Of a DNA stretch of 64,000 bases, positions 63,297 to 64,000 are shown one piece after another. Both the position numbers and the translations under genes were made by a program. How positions within the stretch are numbered: the first letter of the stretch is position 1; the number at the start of each line of letters is the position of its first letter. This stretch comes from Eledone cirrhosa (Eukaryota), in contig OZ024750.1 in NCBI GenBank assembly GCA_964016885.1, forward strand, positions 3,038,001 through 3,102,000, written 5' to 3'. The notes beneath the pieces were generated by a model. The model made no database searches and was not told where the DNA came from. It worked only from the letters and a program-made list of their open reading frames with translations.

Positions 63297-64000
63297 TATA
63301 TTTATTAGAGAAAATATCAATAAATAAGTAGCTAGGATAGAGAAATGCAGCCCCACCTGCCAGCTAAAAGTATCTTCCACTACTTAGTCTACTATGTACG
63401 CTGGGAGGATATTCTTAGTAAAAATGCTAAACTACAATGGAATCATTATGAGGCAACACAGACTAATCAATGTTGGAGATTATTAAATGGAACTTTAAAG
63501 ATCTGATCGTCTTTAGATGAGTTCAGTTATTCTGATTGCGATTCTATGAATGTAATGAAATCTACTAACTATACACACAAAGAAAAAGAAGAGATATCTC
63601 TTACAATTGAGTGTGAAATATAGGAAATGGAATTTAGACAAAAATCTGAACAAGACTCACATGAATCTAGTAGCAAAGAACCACAGAAAGAAGAACCTAT
63701 TATAATTGACAAGCAGCTGTTGAGGTGCATTTAATAAAAAAACAAACCTTTCTTTTATGCTTTTTAGATACATCAATATGAAAACAGGTGTGTGCTGTTC
63801 ATATCACATAACAGAATTCAAAAGAAATATATTTCTTCATTATAACTCAAAGAAGAAACCTCTAATGAATTATTAAGCTTAATATCAAATAGTCCTGGCA
63901 CAATTACCACAAGACATTCAAAGATACTTTTCCCACAAAAAGAACTATTGCAAATGTTTAAAAATATTTCTGAATTCACAAAAATAGATATACCATATAT

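Overview
AT-rich, repeat-dense animal genomic DNA. The SINE, RTE-LINE, MITE and microsatellite repertoire looks like an octopus (cephalopod) genome; this is an inference from recalled repeat families. Most ORFs in the supplied track are microsatellite or TE artefacts. Only one convincing host coding exon is visible (49791-49946, minus strand, phase 0-0, spectrin-repeat-like peptide), so the window is probably mostly large introns of a dystrophin/nesprin-type gene. The rest comprises tRNA-derived SINEs, 5'-truncated RTE LINEs (one with a PHD finger inside the RT), TTAA-flanked piggyBac-type MITEs, mariner, Tc2, pogo and hAT MITEs, a 5S rRNA pseudogene and many mini/microsatellites. The most striking signal is a set of short modules embedded in (TA)n tracts that carry minimal type I hammerhead ribozyme motifs of the Penelope/retrozyme kind. 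One is a 114-bp inverted repeat placing a hammerhead on each strand (28078-28352), and another is a convergent pair at 38822-39050. Other candidates are a 5S-head/SINE-tail chimera and an 18-bp array that is open on both strands.
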